Shown here piece by piece: positions 40,301 through 54,209 of a stretch of 64,000 nt of DNA. Made by a program: the position numbers and the translations under genes. The notes below the pieces were generated by a model. The model saw only the letters and a program-made list of their open reading frames with translations. It was not told the origin of the DNA and did not search any database. This stretch comes from Catajapyx aquilonaris (taxonomy: Eukaryota), in contig KZ537996.1 of the NCBI GenBank assembly GCA_000934665.2, forward strand, positions 62,001-126,000, read 5' to 3'. Each line of letters begins with the position of its first letter. The stretch's first letter is position 1.

Positions 40301-43300
40301 CCCACCTTCCCAGAGACACGGACAATAATCCTCCATCGAACAATGGCAGTCCCTACAACGTAATCTGCAGCCAAACGTATGATAAGCAGGATTCTTGAAG
40401 GATCTATCTCCCTTTTGCAGAAAAGCCTCCCCCTTTCCGATTTCCCTTCCAGTCAAAAGAGTGAATAAGTTTTCCCTGCACCCCCAAAGACCTGCGGATC
40501 AATTCCGAGTGCTTCTCTTAAGATGGCCGTTTCCTATCTCTTTTATCCCGAAGCCTGGGATACTTATGCGCCTCCTTCCCAAATAATGAGTCGAAATTTG
40601 CGGGGAAGACCGCTTTTATCTGGGAATTCAAGCTGGCTGGGATTGCCATTTGAAAGCCGGGCTTCATATGCCTTGCCGAACAGCATCGGGAACCGAAGAC
40701 ATCACTGTCCTTCTGAACAGAACTGCTCTCACATCAAGCTGGCAGCCATCTTTGCCCTTTGCATGCTACTAGAGTGGGTGGAACTTCCCCATTATTTTTT
40801 TTTCTACCTCATCTTAAGTCTCTCTTGCAGCACATCAGGGACATGTTCCGCATAGCACGACATTGGGGCACCTCTTCACACCCTTGACAAACTCCCCCTA
40901 GCCCGGTATCTGGAAACTGCACTAAGACTGTTCATTCTTCTTCCTGTCGCTGCGGAATCTAGCGGGGAAAAATTCTCATTAGAACCCACCGCCTTGTCTG
41001 GGAGAAAGAAAGAAGAAAGGAGGAAAAAAAGGGAAAGATGAATTCTCAGAGGCCGGGAAGTCATAAGGCATCTGTGTCTCGAGCACTTCTCGGTCGGTCG
41101 GTCGGACGGTGCGACCTGCAGCACACATGGTGCCATTCTATTCATGGATAGGAGGCTGGTAGTAGGCAGGGTTTTGGATGGGAACCCCCAAAACAGCTCA
41201 GCAGAATCGGAGGCTCAAGATGGCCGCCAATGCCGCTCCCCTTTTCCATCAAGGGTTTTTGGGCGTGGGGTTTTTGGGGGGGAAGCTGGCTGGATCTGGA
41301 GGGAAAAACGGGGAAAAAAGACTAGAGACAGGGAGAGACGTGAAAAAGAACTCTCCTTCGCGCTAAAGAAGTAGGGAGATCTTTTGTTCGATTCTTTCCT
41401 TATGCTCGCCCATCCATAGTCAAATTGGTTCCCTCTGTTGCCTCCTGTCGCTATACATCTCCCTCACACGCTTTTTTCTCCTCCAGCAGTTCCTTCAGAC
41501 GGGGAAGGCTTTTCGTCTTTCATTTTCTTGGGCGGTAATTCCTGATTTGCTTTTCTCCCCACCCTCCCACCCCCGCCATGAAAAAAAAAAAACTTGTTGC
41601 CCCCTCCGTTTTTCGGACTCGCCGTCTCAGAATATTCTAATTTTCTTCATGCAATTCAAATTGGCAGAATAAATTGCAGGGTGCAATCTACACGAATGTT
41701 TTCCTACTGCTTTGGGTACGGGTGGCGCTTGCTAATCTACGGGTTTTAGCAAAACTGTGTATGCAAGTTGACGCAAGGGGATCGCCATGAAAGATACGCC
41801 TCCAAAACCAAAATGATCTCAATAAAAGTTCCACAAGAAATGCAAAATGGATGGTCCAAGAAAGAGCCTGGACGAGAAGGAACTTCCTTGATTAAACTTG
41901 GAATTCGGCATCGATTTCGTTTTTTGGGGCACCACTTCTCTCGTCGCCCCCTCACCCATTCCTTATAGCTGGAAAATATAACGCTTTTCAATACTGCATA
42001 GGAGGGGAACTGGCTCTAAATGCACGCAATATCCCTCCCTGTAAACGCTAACCGTGTTGGACCAGTCACGTGATGAATGTATTCTGCTATACACCTGGGA
42101 TATTCGTCCCAAAAATATCATTCCAGAGGGTTTAAACATGGAGCAGCAGTAAAAGCAACAATGCCAGTTATTGCAGGCATGTATATGCGACACCCCAAAA
42201 AATGTCAGCCGACAAGAACGTATGGGCAAAAATCGCCAAACAAAATGTTTCGCATGTAATGCCACTTGCCAACAGTCAACACTAACGGGTAAAGAATGCT
42301 GCATGTAGACAAGGCAGTTACTTAAAACTTGACACTGCTTGGTGTCTTTTACTTTCGCCTGATATAGCTGTCCGGTTCGCAATTACAAGATTTTGCAACG
42401 CGAATATTGCAACGATATTCATCCCTCCCCATGAAACGGCGCTATGCACAAGCGGGCTTAACGAGTTCTCAAAGATCAATAATTTCGCCAGAGCTCAATG
42501 GGAAGCTAATTGCAGCTCGCGTTTATTTAGAATCCCGACCACCCCTATACACCTACAAAATTGTCAATTCCCTACCTCCCAGTCTAAAAAACACTGAACG
42601 GTTGTCCAGTTGCGCTATAAGCAAAAAAAACAACAACAACAAAACGAATTCTCCTCCTTTTTGGACACTTGTGTATATTGGTGTGGAGTAGAGCCGCTTA
42701 TGGGATTCAGAATGAGGGCCTCGAAGTGGTACCTTGGGCCAAACATGCGCAGCTTTTAAGCAATCAACAGCAACTCTCCGGTGAGGAATAACACGCATGA
42801 AATACAGCCCAACGCTACTGCCGACGTAATACCGCCAACCAACGGCCCCCAAAACCCCCTGGAAAATCTAACTTACATGTAACTCACTAACAGGTCCTAA
42901 CACTTCCACAATTTTGAACTCTCCACTTTTGACTGCCGATAAAACAGGGCAAGGGCCGGCTTATGGGGGTGGTGGAAACGAAAAAAAAGTAGGAGGAGGG
43001 TTGAAAAAAGAAGCTCTTTTACCTTCTTGGAATGAGGGGACAAACGATCTAAACAGCTATACCCTTGCCGCTGGGGGCCTCAGGGCCCACTAGAAAAGAG
43101 CAGGGGGTCGTCGCCATCTTGTTACAGCTCTTTGGGGGTACCATGCTCGAGGTTCGACCCATGATTTTTTTTTAAACTGGTAGACACAAAAATCTGACCA
43201 AGCACCTGCATTGGACATGCCCCAGAATGGTCCAGGGGAAGTTGACCTAGTGCCAACACAGTGGAATGAAAGACTGTAATCATCGCAATATATGGGACGT

Positions 43301-46300
43301 GGAATTTCGCACAAAGATGCGACGCTCGAGTATTTAATTTTACACGCTTTTTTATGATAAAAAATGCAGGCTCCGCATAGCATCATAATGAAATGCCCTT
43401 GTAATTACACACCTGCTAGAGCTACAACGCGTCCTTAATCCCAAACCATTGCTAATCCATTGCAAAATCCTCAAATCAAAAGACCAGTGCAAAAAAAAAA
43501 CACAACCGCGGTCAATTACGTGCAGGAAGGATTAAAGCACGTCAACTGTTAAGTATTATTTACGTCTTTATTGATGCAAATGAGAGCAGCTTGTTAAAAT
43601 TAGCTTATTTGATGTCACGTATTAAGTGGAAGCCGGCTCTTCTCTCCCCTATCCAATATTATTCTCCAAGCCTAAAGTCATTATAGACTAGAACCCCAAG
43701 GCGGAGTCAGGGGTGGAAAAAATATATATTGTCCGGGGGACCATGCGTGTGATTCGGTCCGGAAAAGACCGCCTCCTACAACCCCTCTTGTCATTTCTCA
43801 CTCGCACACCGATGATAGGCAATTTCCGAAGGCGGCCTCAGGATGTGCAAGGTGATATGGCACCCTGGAGACACTCCTGCTTGTGTATATAAGTAATTGA
43901 TCTGAGTATGAACCGAAGTGATGTACACCCTTATTATCTGGTAGTAAAAATTTTGTCGCGGTTGTGAGAAAACAGAGGTGGTGCCAGATCAAACGGCAGG
44001 TGTTGATGTGAATGGTGGGGCCCACCCAGAATGTACCGTCTTGAGCAAAAAGCACCCTGTACAAGGCAGGGATTTCTCTATCTGGAAATAGTCTGGCGGA
44101 AACATGGTTCTCGTAACTCGTATCCTTTTTTCCTTTCCCCCCATCTGCCTCGTTCCTCATATTGCTTCTCTCCGCCTCTGGTTGAAGGATGAGCCGTTTC
44201 GAATTCCATCCTTCTTGGCAAGAGAAATGGATCTCCATACACAAAATATATTTCTTTGAAAATTAATTAGGCCTTCCGGTATTTGGTGTGGCCGAATATT
44301 TATTAGCTGTGCTGGGACAACAAACCGTTCCCTGAGCCAATCTGCTTTGATAAACACGACGTGTCTGCTGGCGGGATTGCAGACAAAACAACGGACTTCG
44401 CGATACGTTGTGACGACAAATTCACACACTGTACGCGTGTGCTGTGTGTAAGAAAACATTTTTAGCTTTATTTATCCCCCACATTTCCCCGGCTCGACCA
44501 GCCTTACACTGTTTCACGTTACTGACCTTTATCAAGCTTCACCAGTCCCTCTCTGGGTTCAGTGGTTTGGTTGACCCCTCCCGTGTCCCAAGGGCCAGAA
44601 AAAAAATGTCGGAACCCATGTGAGTTATGCCTGACCCCCAAATGCCACGTACTCGACACAGACCCAACATTGTATCCCAAAAAATTCTCAATACCGGATC
44701 CTACTTGCAGCTCGCATCTTCCGGTCCCAAATTTATTCCTAAAAAGCCCCTCCGGATTATATATAAAGAACCGCCTCCCCCTAAGAAGTGGTCTATCCCT
44801 CCACTATAAACGAAGATTCGAAGAAAGTAGCTAACGTTGGCCTGCGGGCTCTCAATAACTCAAAGACCGCGGAGGCTTCCCAAACTCAGCGTTTCTATCT
44901 CATTTTTGATGATAAAGAGGTTTGTGAACTGACAAACTGGCCCTGGGCGAGAACCCCCGTTAGTTTGGCGGATATTTGCAGCGAAATACCTCAACGCCCG
45001 CCCCAACCTTCCCTCGACTTCAGTCCAAATTAAAACGGGATGGGTGGTAGGGGGTGGAGGAGGATTCATCTCAACTACCCCTGGCTGCTGCCATGGCTAC
45101 CCTCGCTACTATATAAAGCCCTCAGATATAAATATGAGAGAGCCGGACTCGTTCTAACCAATAAAGTTGCAAAACAGTCCGAATCGGGATGGCTGTAATA
45201 TGCACCAAGGAGGGGCGGAGGAAGGGCGGGATTGGAGGAGGGGAGGTCGATAACAACTAAAATTACAGCATCGGTTATGCATTTTAAACAAGTATAGGGA
45301 GCGAATGAGTAGCCCAACGAACCTTTCTCATTAAATGCATGCCTTCACGTAGAGTCACAAGGGGTGGCCCTGGCTTTAGTTCACACTCATAGGCTTTCTG
45401 CTCATTACGTTTCCCTCGCAATTTGGAAGGGGGGGTCTGAGGTGGCTGACTAGAAGGCGCCTTTCTCTCAAGGAACCCCTCTTCCCAAGATATTATTCGG
45501 CCCATTCATTCACGTCCAGGACGAATTCCACGTGAATGCCGCCATTTTGCAGTGTAGGCTATACAACAATATGGTTGACTTCATTGGAGGGTGGCTGGCT
45601 TGACGCGTGCAATGCCGGACATATTTTAGAGAGTGGTTGCCATTTAAAATATGGGGGAGGGGGGGTTGTGGCGCAGGCGCCCACTTCAAAGTACACCGCA
45701 AATTGGGCTGCTCGTTAGCGTGCTTCCATGCATTTTTCTTCCAAGGAGCTGGCGTTTAACTCCTCAATAACTGGACTGGATAATGCTGGGGGCAGAGGGC
45801 AAATTATTTTCGGAAATCATGGCGGATATCGGCTAGGGCGTTAAGCTATTTTCTGCCATTTCCTGAAAGGCGCACTTGAAAGTGTCTATGTTGTCTTCCC
45901 CATCGTTGGAAAGTCTTCATGAGAATCGCCATCTTGGAGGGGTAGAAATTGCTCGTCCGAAGCAATATCCGATTGGAATAAGAAAGGTATTAGGTTTCGT
46001 GAGCACGTCCACTTTGATAAGAATGCTAACCACGCTCCGAGGGGGAGATCCACCGCAATAACAGCCTGAATCCGATTCACGAGCGATTTTTTCCCCTCTT
46101 TCTAACCTTCTTTTTTTTCTTCTTCTTTTTCCATTTTTTTCGACCAGAGAGGACGGAGAGAGCAGTTTCTTTTCACTGCTCGGACGTCCTTCCAAATTTT
46201 TAAGAAGTCCCGTCAAGATTTTCTTTTCTGTTTGTGTCTAGCGGAAATTTACGGTCTGGTATTAAACTTATCATTTTCGTAACACCAGTTAGGCAGTTTG

Positions 46301-49300
46301 CCTGCTGCCCACTGCAGTCATCTCATCCTCTACTGCAGTCATTCCAAGAAATTGCCTGCTGGAAGAAGTCAAACTCAAGTTTACACATCTTTTTTTCCAA
46401 ACTCAAATCGCTAGGTTGCCGTGATTATCTCGTTAATATTTAACTATGCGGATATAGCAGCCACTTTATCACTAAAACATCACTATGATTAAGAATCTAT
46501 CAGCAGGATTTATAGGCACCAATAAAGCATATATGCTCCTGATCTTTTCGAACCCGCCTTCTCTTCAAGGAAGCAGAGAAATGGCTGCAATCAAATCCAG
46601 CACTAAAAAAGGACCGACAATTGCCATTTTAGCGCCGTAATTGCACACAGCTCGTGACGTACCATGACAAACGGCGTTTATATGTGCAAAAGCCTCGCAT
46701 GTGTTGCCCACCCCATACAAGAACTGGGATAAAATGATTAGCTCCGTATTTAATTTCCCTACGAGTTGAGTCACGCAGGCTGCAGATATGTTATTGGAAG
46801 CAGGGAAGGAGCTCGTATTTCTTTGCACGCCACACAATGGAGTCCGGCCACAAGTGTTTCAGCTAATGCCCCGGTCCTTGTAAAACCCTGGATGGCCCAA
46901 ATTGCCATCACACTCACCCTATCCAAAGCCCAACCCTCCTCTTCATCCAATTTCCACCTCGTCCGCTCTAAAACAAGGCGCATATCACTTGGACCCCCCC
47001 CCCCNCCCCCCCCCCCCCCTTGATAATTAATAACAATGAGGTTTCATACAACGGACTTTGCCTGACTTTGCTTTTGTCTTCACTCAAAAGCAAGCAACAA
47101 TCGTTATTTGTGCGATTAATCCGTGTTTTGACTGGAGGCCGTCGCCCTTCTTCCCCTGACACGAACTACGTGACTTTCGCCCTTTGGATGGAGATTTTTT
47201 CGCCCATTTTTTCCCTTTATTTTTGTATCCCCCCCTCTCCCTTAAGCAGGCAATCTTCTGTGCCATTTCCCTTATCTGGGTGAGCGACTGTACGTAATTG
47301 TCAGCTTGGAAACATGACCAGTATATCTCGCATTGTTTTGTTTTTCCAGAAACAATGGGACAATATTTTGGCAGCCTCCATGTGGATCTGAATATGAAAC
47401 ACACAACGTTAGTAATAAACCACGTCAGAGGCACGACACTATCGCCTATTTTTATAATGCACAGGAGAAGAAGAAAAATCAAGCTTCCAAATTCATCAAC
47501 AGATTCACACATTCTACTTGCGACCGTTATTTTTCAGAGTTTTATGTTCATTTTCTCTGACTCTCCCTTTTTTTTCTTGGTAGAATCACGGACAAACATC
47601 AGGCAGCAGCATCTGCGTGTTTTGGAGACCACGGTTCCTTCAAGTTGGAAAAAACGAGCTGCAATATCGAACCATCAAGAAGAAGGATTGGAAGGGAGAA
47701 GAAACAGCGGAAGAAAATAAACAAAAGGATGTGGTTCCTACTTGGGCTCAGGCCATGCCAGATAAAATTCCTCCTCTCGATGCAGAGAGGTCCGGTTTAA
47801 TCGTCACCTGCGAGCCGGTAAACACAGCCTAAAGAAACTGGAGGAGGTCTACTACCCACTCTGGCAGCCATTTTGTTGCCTCAAAGGCCCTCATTTCGGG
47901 TCTATTTAATTCAAAAAGAAACTCTAGTTCTGCGGTTGCCAAGGATCGATATGTTGGTAGTATCATTTTTTACTTCCACCTTCAGGATTCACCCAACATT
48001 ACCCCGAGGTCAGTCGATGCCATCGATTCGCTGGGCACCATCATTTGGTGCAACAAAAATGTCCCGGAAACTTGAAGCCTCCCATGGAGTTAAACCCAGT
48101 TGGTAAGACTTGACCCAGGCCAAACAATTTTTTTCTGTAAACAAGAGGACCCTTTTCTTCCCCCCTTTTTCTTGCAGCTTGGAAAAGACAGGCCAATGAC
48201 ACCCTGGGCCTCAAATAGCCTACTGCCGCCTTCACCCCCAGCACACACAAAAAAGGAAGAAGGCACTTTGGTGCCTCTAAATTGACCCCTAAAAAACGGC
48301 TGAAAATCCCAAAATCTGAGCGGTCAAGAGCGGAATATGTCGTAAACTGGATTGTAAATCACGGACTAACGGATTGAGTTGGGTTTTTGGCCCTTTGCAA
48401 GTTCCCCCCTTTTTCTTGCACAGGAATAGGTCCGGGGGTCATAAAACTGGAACCAATTAAAATCCATTGGTCTAGGGCTGACCCTGTCCAAGGGTAGAGC
48501 CAAGTCTTTTTATTCATTATCTCAGCAGGTATCCGTGCAGCAGGCCAAAGGAAGAAGGCAAGCTCTACCCAAAGTAAGTCGCCATGTTTGTTTCTTGTGA
48601 GCAGGACGTTCCTTCTCCGAACGGAAAAAAAAATTCAGTGCTTTAGGACCAGTCTGTGCGTTTTAGGTGTATCCGACCGATCTTTTGGCTGGAGTCATTT
48701 CGTGCATGTGAGTCACGCGCCGGGTTTCTATATCTTTGATTTCCGTTCAGACCTATCTCCAGTCATAAATATGGTCCTAATGGTGCGTCCACCGGGACTT
48801 GAGGCTGAATAATTATTATTATTTAGTCGCGCCCGCAGGTAGAGAACAATAACTGTTTTGTGCAGTAGTGTCCAGGCTGGCAACCATGGATAGTGTCAAG
48901 TTGGGTTCAATCTATCCTGAAGAAGTTGGGTCGAAGCCAAAGAGGATTGGGTCGAAAGACAGGCCAAGGTGTTCGCCAGAGTTGGGCAATTTTTTTTGAC
49001 ACACGTACCTTCCCCCCACGTGCTCTGAAAAAAGTGTGTGTTGCCTGTACGGTCAAAGGTACCGCCCCTGCAGTCCCCCATCCCCCACGCCTTGATTTAC
49101 TTGTTTGTTTTTACCCCTACACCCCCACCACGCCTGGATACTAAGTTAGGCCTGCGAAACGGAATTCCTACCATTGAGAGATAGGAACTGGCTCCATCGG
49201 ATGCCACACCAAAGCAGCTGTCTCTACTATATTCTTCTTGGATAACGAGGCTATTATTACACAGGTTCCCCTCGCTTTGTGCAATTTATTAACGGTTTTC

Positions 49301-52300
49301 GGGTGAATTTCCGCACCGGTTAAATCAAACTGGGACGCAGAAATTGGCAGGAGGGTGCGAAGAGTGCACTAACTTAGCCAGGGGGTGCGATTACCTCATC
49401 AATCTGCAGGGTGCAAGTGCCACTGGACGTGTGTGTATATGTGGGATGCATGGCGTCCTACCTCCCCCATTCCCCCACCGCCACCTCCCACACAAAGTGT
49501 CGGCGTGATTTGCACACTGATTCAAAGCCTTCCCAATCTTTGACCTGCAGGGACAATCTAGCCCTTGTGTGCATGTACAGTGTTTCATTTGTCCCCATTT
49601 CCCGATCCAGCATGGCAGGCCTTTGGAAAATAACGAGCCAAGTCTCCTGTGCAATGTCCCGTAGCTGTGGATATCAATGTAGTCTCCCTCCCCGAACTGG
49701 ACGCGTAACACATTTTGCTTGCAGTTTCCCTCCCTACATTTATATTAATCAAAGTTAAATTAGTGGGAGTAAGGCCAGTTGACAGATCCAGCTGCAGGTT
49801 ATCTACGATGCGCCCACCCGCACGTTATTTGTGCGCCCCCTGATTCCTACACACACATGCACCCACTCATACATGGTATGCACCAATCCCTTATCCCCCC
49901 CCCGCATTAGAATGCAACAGGGGTTTATTGAAAAACATTGATAACTTCTCCCACTGATAAGACCATGGACATCATGAAATTGGGAGTCAAATCTTCGGCG
50001 AGTGCAAGGTGCGTATATATTACCTGTGCTGACCCAGTCCAAGCCGATATATAAATTGCGGATCTAAACACACACACATTGCTGCGGAGGCGAGGAAAAT
50101 TTTGGACTGGCTGGGTTGGGGGAATCGACAAGAGAGCCAGGCCCCAGTTCAACATGGCGCTGGGAAGACAATAACAAAGGCAACCCCCCTTGCCCTTACG
50201 CAGTAGCTCCCCTACTCAGGCTCGGCCGCGGCCATTCTACCATTCTTCCCTCTTCCTTCCGGTTACTATCAGTGTTCATTCCTCACTTACAGTGGAATTG
50301 CACTATTAGTGTTGGTTACTGCACCCAGAAGTAAGGGACCGACTATAGCAGGTTAACTATTACATCTGCTACAGGGTATGTCAGCATCATTGTTATAGTG
50401 CTCAGTAATTATAATTACAACTGTGTGTGCACTACAACTATTCAGCCCAAAGTTCAAGCGTGTTCGAACTTGCGGGCCGTTTGGGTTCCTTTAGGCCGGG
50501 TGTGCTCCAAGTTGATAAATTCCTAACTCCCTTAATATCGGAGCAAATGCAATCGGTTTTGTACGTGCATGTAGGGAAATGTATGTACTTTCCATTGGTG
50601 CCACTATGGATAGGCACACTCATGCGTGCACCGAGATTTCGTTAATAGTTCGATGCGCGAATCGGAAACTCGGCCGCCGGCTTTTCCGGGCGGGCCCCTC
50701 CGCCATGTCCGCCGCGCTAACCGCAAACTAAACCTAACTTTTTACCCTCCTATTCGGTTCCAAAAATTGCTAAAACGTGCTCAAAATGTGAATCACGCCC
50801 AAGCTGACCTTGCTACCTCCGCAACCTTCGACCCTAACCTATCTTTACCTGCTTAAATGTCAAAATCGTAACGAAAAAACGCTTACAACCGGTAACAACC
50901 CGGTTCTAAAATATTTCCTCACACTTTGCCTTATTTCCGCACTATATGGCGCTATAAAAGTGCACAAGTGACCTCTTTTTTGATGTCCGAATGTCGGGGT
51001 TGATACTCGGAGGCGGCCATTGGCAGTAAAGCCAGACCACCGCCGGCCATTTTAAAGCCGTGCGGGTGCGATTCAACCAGCCCGAATCTCCACCAAAATG
51101 TACTCGTACATCCCCCACACTAGTGTTATGACAACAAGCACCCATTTGAACCAGGTCTCCACTTCATCTCCCAATTCACGGAGCCTAAAATACCTCTGTA
51201 TGAATAAAAAAAAATTTGCGTATTAGGCGGTGGATTGTTGTGGGAGAGCCGCTTTCTACTGATTCTTTGTAGAACCGGCAACGTTGCTAAAACCTAGTAA
51301 TTACCGGAAACCTTTGTAATTTCAAGCTTCCCCTGAAACCCGTTAAATACACCGCATTTGGCGCTTTATTCCTCATCCACCCCTCCTCCTTCCCCTTTTC
51401 CAAGGCGGTAACAAATCACCGCAATTCGCATTCCAATTCGTTTTATTGTGACAACAGAATTGCGCCTGTTATGTTTCCTAGCTTTATAAGTGACACCATC
51501 CTTGCGTACAAATGAATCACACATTTTTTTTCCAACCTCCACCGCCAGTTTCACGCACGTTTCGTTGGCGACATTTCCTCTACCACCCAAAAAACACAAA
51601 GCGCAACACAAATGTTGCGAGAGACTCATCCAAACCCCACCCCCTCTTAGCCTGAAGCCACACAACCTATTGGATGCAGTGAAATTCATGTACTTGTATC
51701 CAAATTAAATGGAAAATGTCACACATGCACTTTTTTATCCAGGTCAGTTTAGGCCCATCTTCACTTCAGTTTTCAAAAAAAAAAAAAATTGTTTTCAGAA
51801 AATCCGAAGGATATGCGAATAATAAGTGCATGGAGTGTTTTCTCGAGTCAATAGCACCATTTGGCTTCATGCATGTATTCAGACTTTTATCTTGCTAATG
51901 CTGGACTCGCAGTTAGATAAAAATAGAGAGCTGGCCGTTTTATCAGGACCACCCTACAAGCAATGGGTGACCTAACCGTATGTGGGAGTTTAGAAGAGCA
52001 TGATCTAATCTTGATAGTATTTATACCGTGTTAGAAATTTTGAAGCAGCAGGCGAGAGGATTTCTTTTGACACATAGTAGCTAAAATCAACAATGGGAGT
52101 GCAAAGTATACCGTAATTGTCGTTTTTCAAGTATTTCTGCGACATGAACTTTCGGTTTATCAAACTGCTGTAGAAATCATTATTGGCCCATGAATACTGG
52201 CAATAGAATTACATCTATCATAATATTCTGGCAGGATTGCTGAGCTTTGAAACGGGCTCGTATAATTTTAAGGGGCCTAATGCCAATGTAATGGGGATAA

Positions 52301-53150
52301 TGCGGTAATTTATGGGCCCTTAAAATATCAGCGATTTTGTAATTTTTCGAGGCAATTATTCTTAGATATGACTAATAACACGTTAGGGGAAATTTCAGCT
52401 TTATTCAATTACTTTGAGCTCTAAAAAAAATGCACAATATATTATTCGGATTTTGTTGCTTTCAATAATGAGTTTAACTATAATGCGTTTTTGCCACTCA
52501 AAATCCATATTCGTATATTTTTGTTATAAACGTCAGTGCGGCCAGCCTATTGCAATAATTTTACGTACCAAACAGGTTTCCGTGACTTTGGACCTAAACA
52601 ATGAAAATGCTTCGCTGGAACCAAATAAAAGCTTGCTCCTAATGGTCTTGTTTTTGATATACCCAGGGTCCGTTATTGGGTGGTTTGAGTGTAATTGTAA
52701 ATACCATCTTTTATATTTAAAAAAAAAAACCTTTTTGGAGCCAATTCATGATATGTGGCAATCCTTATGAAAGAGAGAGCTACTCAGTGTGCACAGTACA
52801 CATATAATAGAGATGCGCTTATTTGTAGCAGTTATTTTGATATAAGTTATTATAAGTTAAGATATATTTTAAAACATGGGATAAATGCACCTGTTAATTA
52901 TTTCAGCCATCTTACACATGAATATAATCAACTTGGAATAACAGCAATTTCAGTCAAGTTACAAACAAAACCAATGCTTTGAGCCAAATATTATTGCGTC
53001 CCAGCGTTTTTTTCCATTTTGTATCCTATATAACTTACATCAAACTTGCAATTTTGTACGCCAGCATACCAACTTGATTCAGAGGCTGTAGCGCAGTACA
53101 GTGGCACTTCAGGATACAAAATGATACTGTACTTGGCGGTTATATTTATA

Positions 53151-53177
53151 TATTTATTTATTTATTTATTTATTTAT
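53151..53177. repeat. (TTTA)n microsatellite
   Basis: Direct reading. Confidence 0.85.
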
Positions 53178-54155
53178 AGTATTCGCCTACCTTGCTAACA
53201 AATAAGCACAATTATTCGAGGCCCCCTGAGAATTCGCCCAGTTCTTGTTTTGGCCAAAATGCAGTTACGCTTTTACACTATTAATCCCTGGTCATAAGTA
53301 CGCGCTGGGCTTCCATGTGCCGTGAAGCACACGTCCCCTTAGTGTAGAATTGCGATCCGAAACAAAATGAAATTACACACACACACAAAGAAAGAAATCC
53401 AGCGCATACCAGACAAGAACGTTGCTCCCTAAATATGTCTTCGTCCTCCAAAAGACATCTCGATCCTAATCAACCCTTCCGAGAGATTATTTTCAGAGCT
53501 CTGCACAACTGTTGCAACCCTCCACAATATACGACTCCAAGATTCTCATTAGTCATATCTAATTTCCAGTCTCTTATTACCGCGGATTTATTTCCCGGCC
53601 CACCCAATAACGATAGAAGTGCAAAAGAGGAAGCCACCAAACTCTTTTCTTCCAGGAGGATTCCCTTCCTCTTTATGATCATCTCCAGGCTGAAAACAGC
53701 GCCTGGAAACACCCGATGGGAGAAGATTACTAATTAGTCAGCACTCCATGTCAAAGGAGGAAAGGAAGCAGTGGGTGGCAGAGCCCAAGGGAACAAGAGG
53801 CATGGTCAAGCTTTTTGCCTTGTTTCTTCTAAGGCTCCCCAAGCTAAAAGAATTTACGGACACTGCCAGAAAATATTTTCATTTTGACAGAAACAGGGAC
53901 GCTCTCCTGACATTGGGGTCACGATGACAACACAAAGCCAACCTACTACTGAGAGACCTCTGGGATGGTCCTCCAGGATTTGGGGAGAGGTGCTTTATGT
54001 TTCTTCGTGGGCCCTAGTGTTAACTACTGAAAAGCATACATTTCTTCCCCCCAACATTTATGTCCCTCATTTTTACGTCAGCCATGTAGTTGTTTCCTAA
54101 TTAATTACTGTTATCATATGCTGGCTTGTAATATTTATCTTAATATGCTACTGGC

Positions 54156-54209
<54 letters not shown>
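54156..54209. repeat. (ATT)n microsatellite
   Basis: Direct reading. Confidence 0.95.
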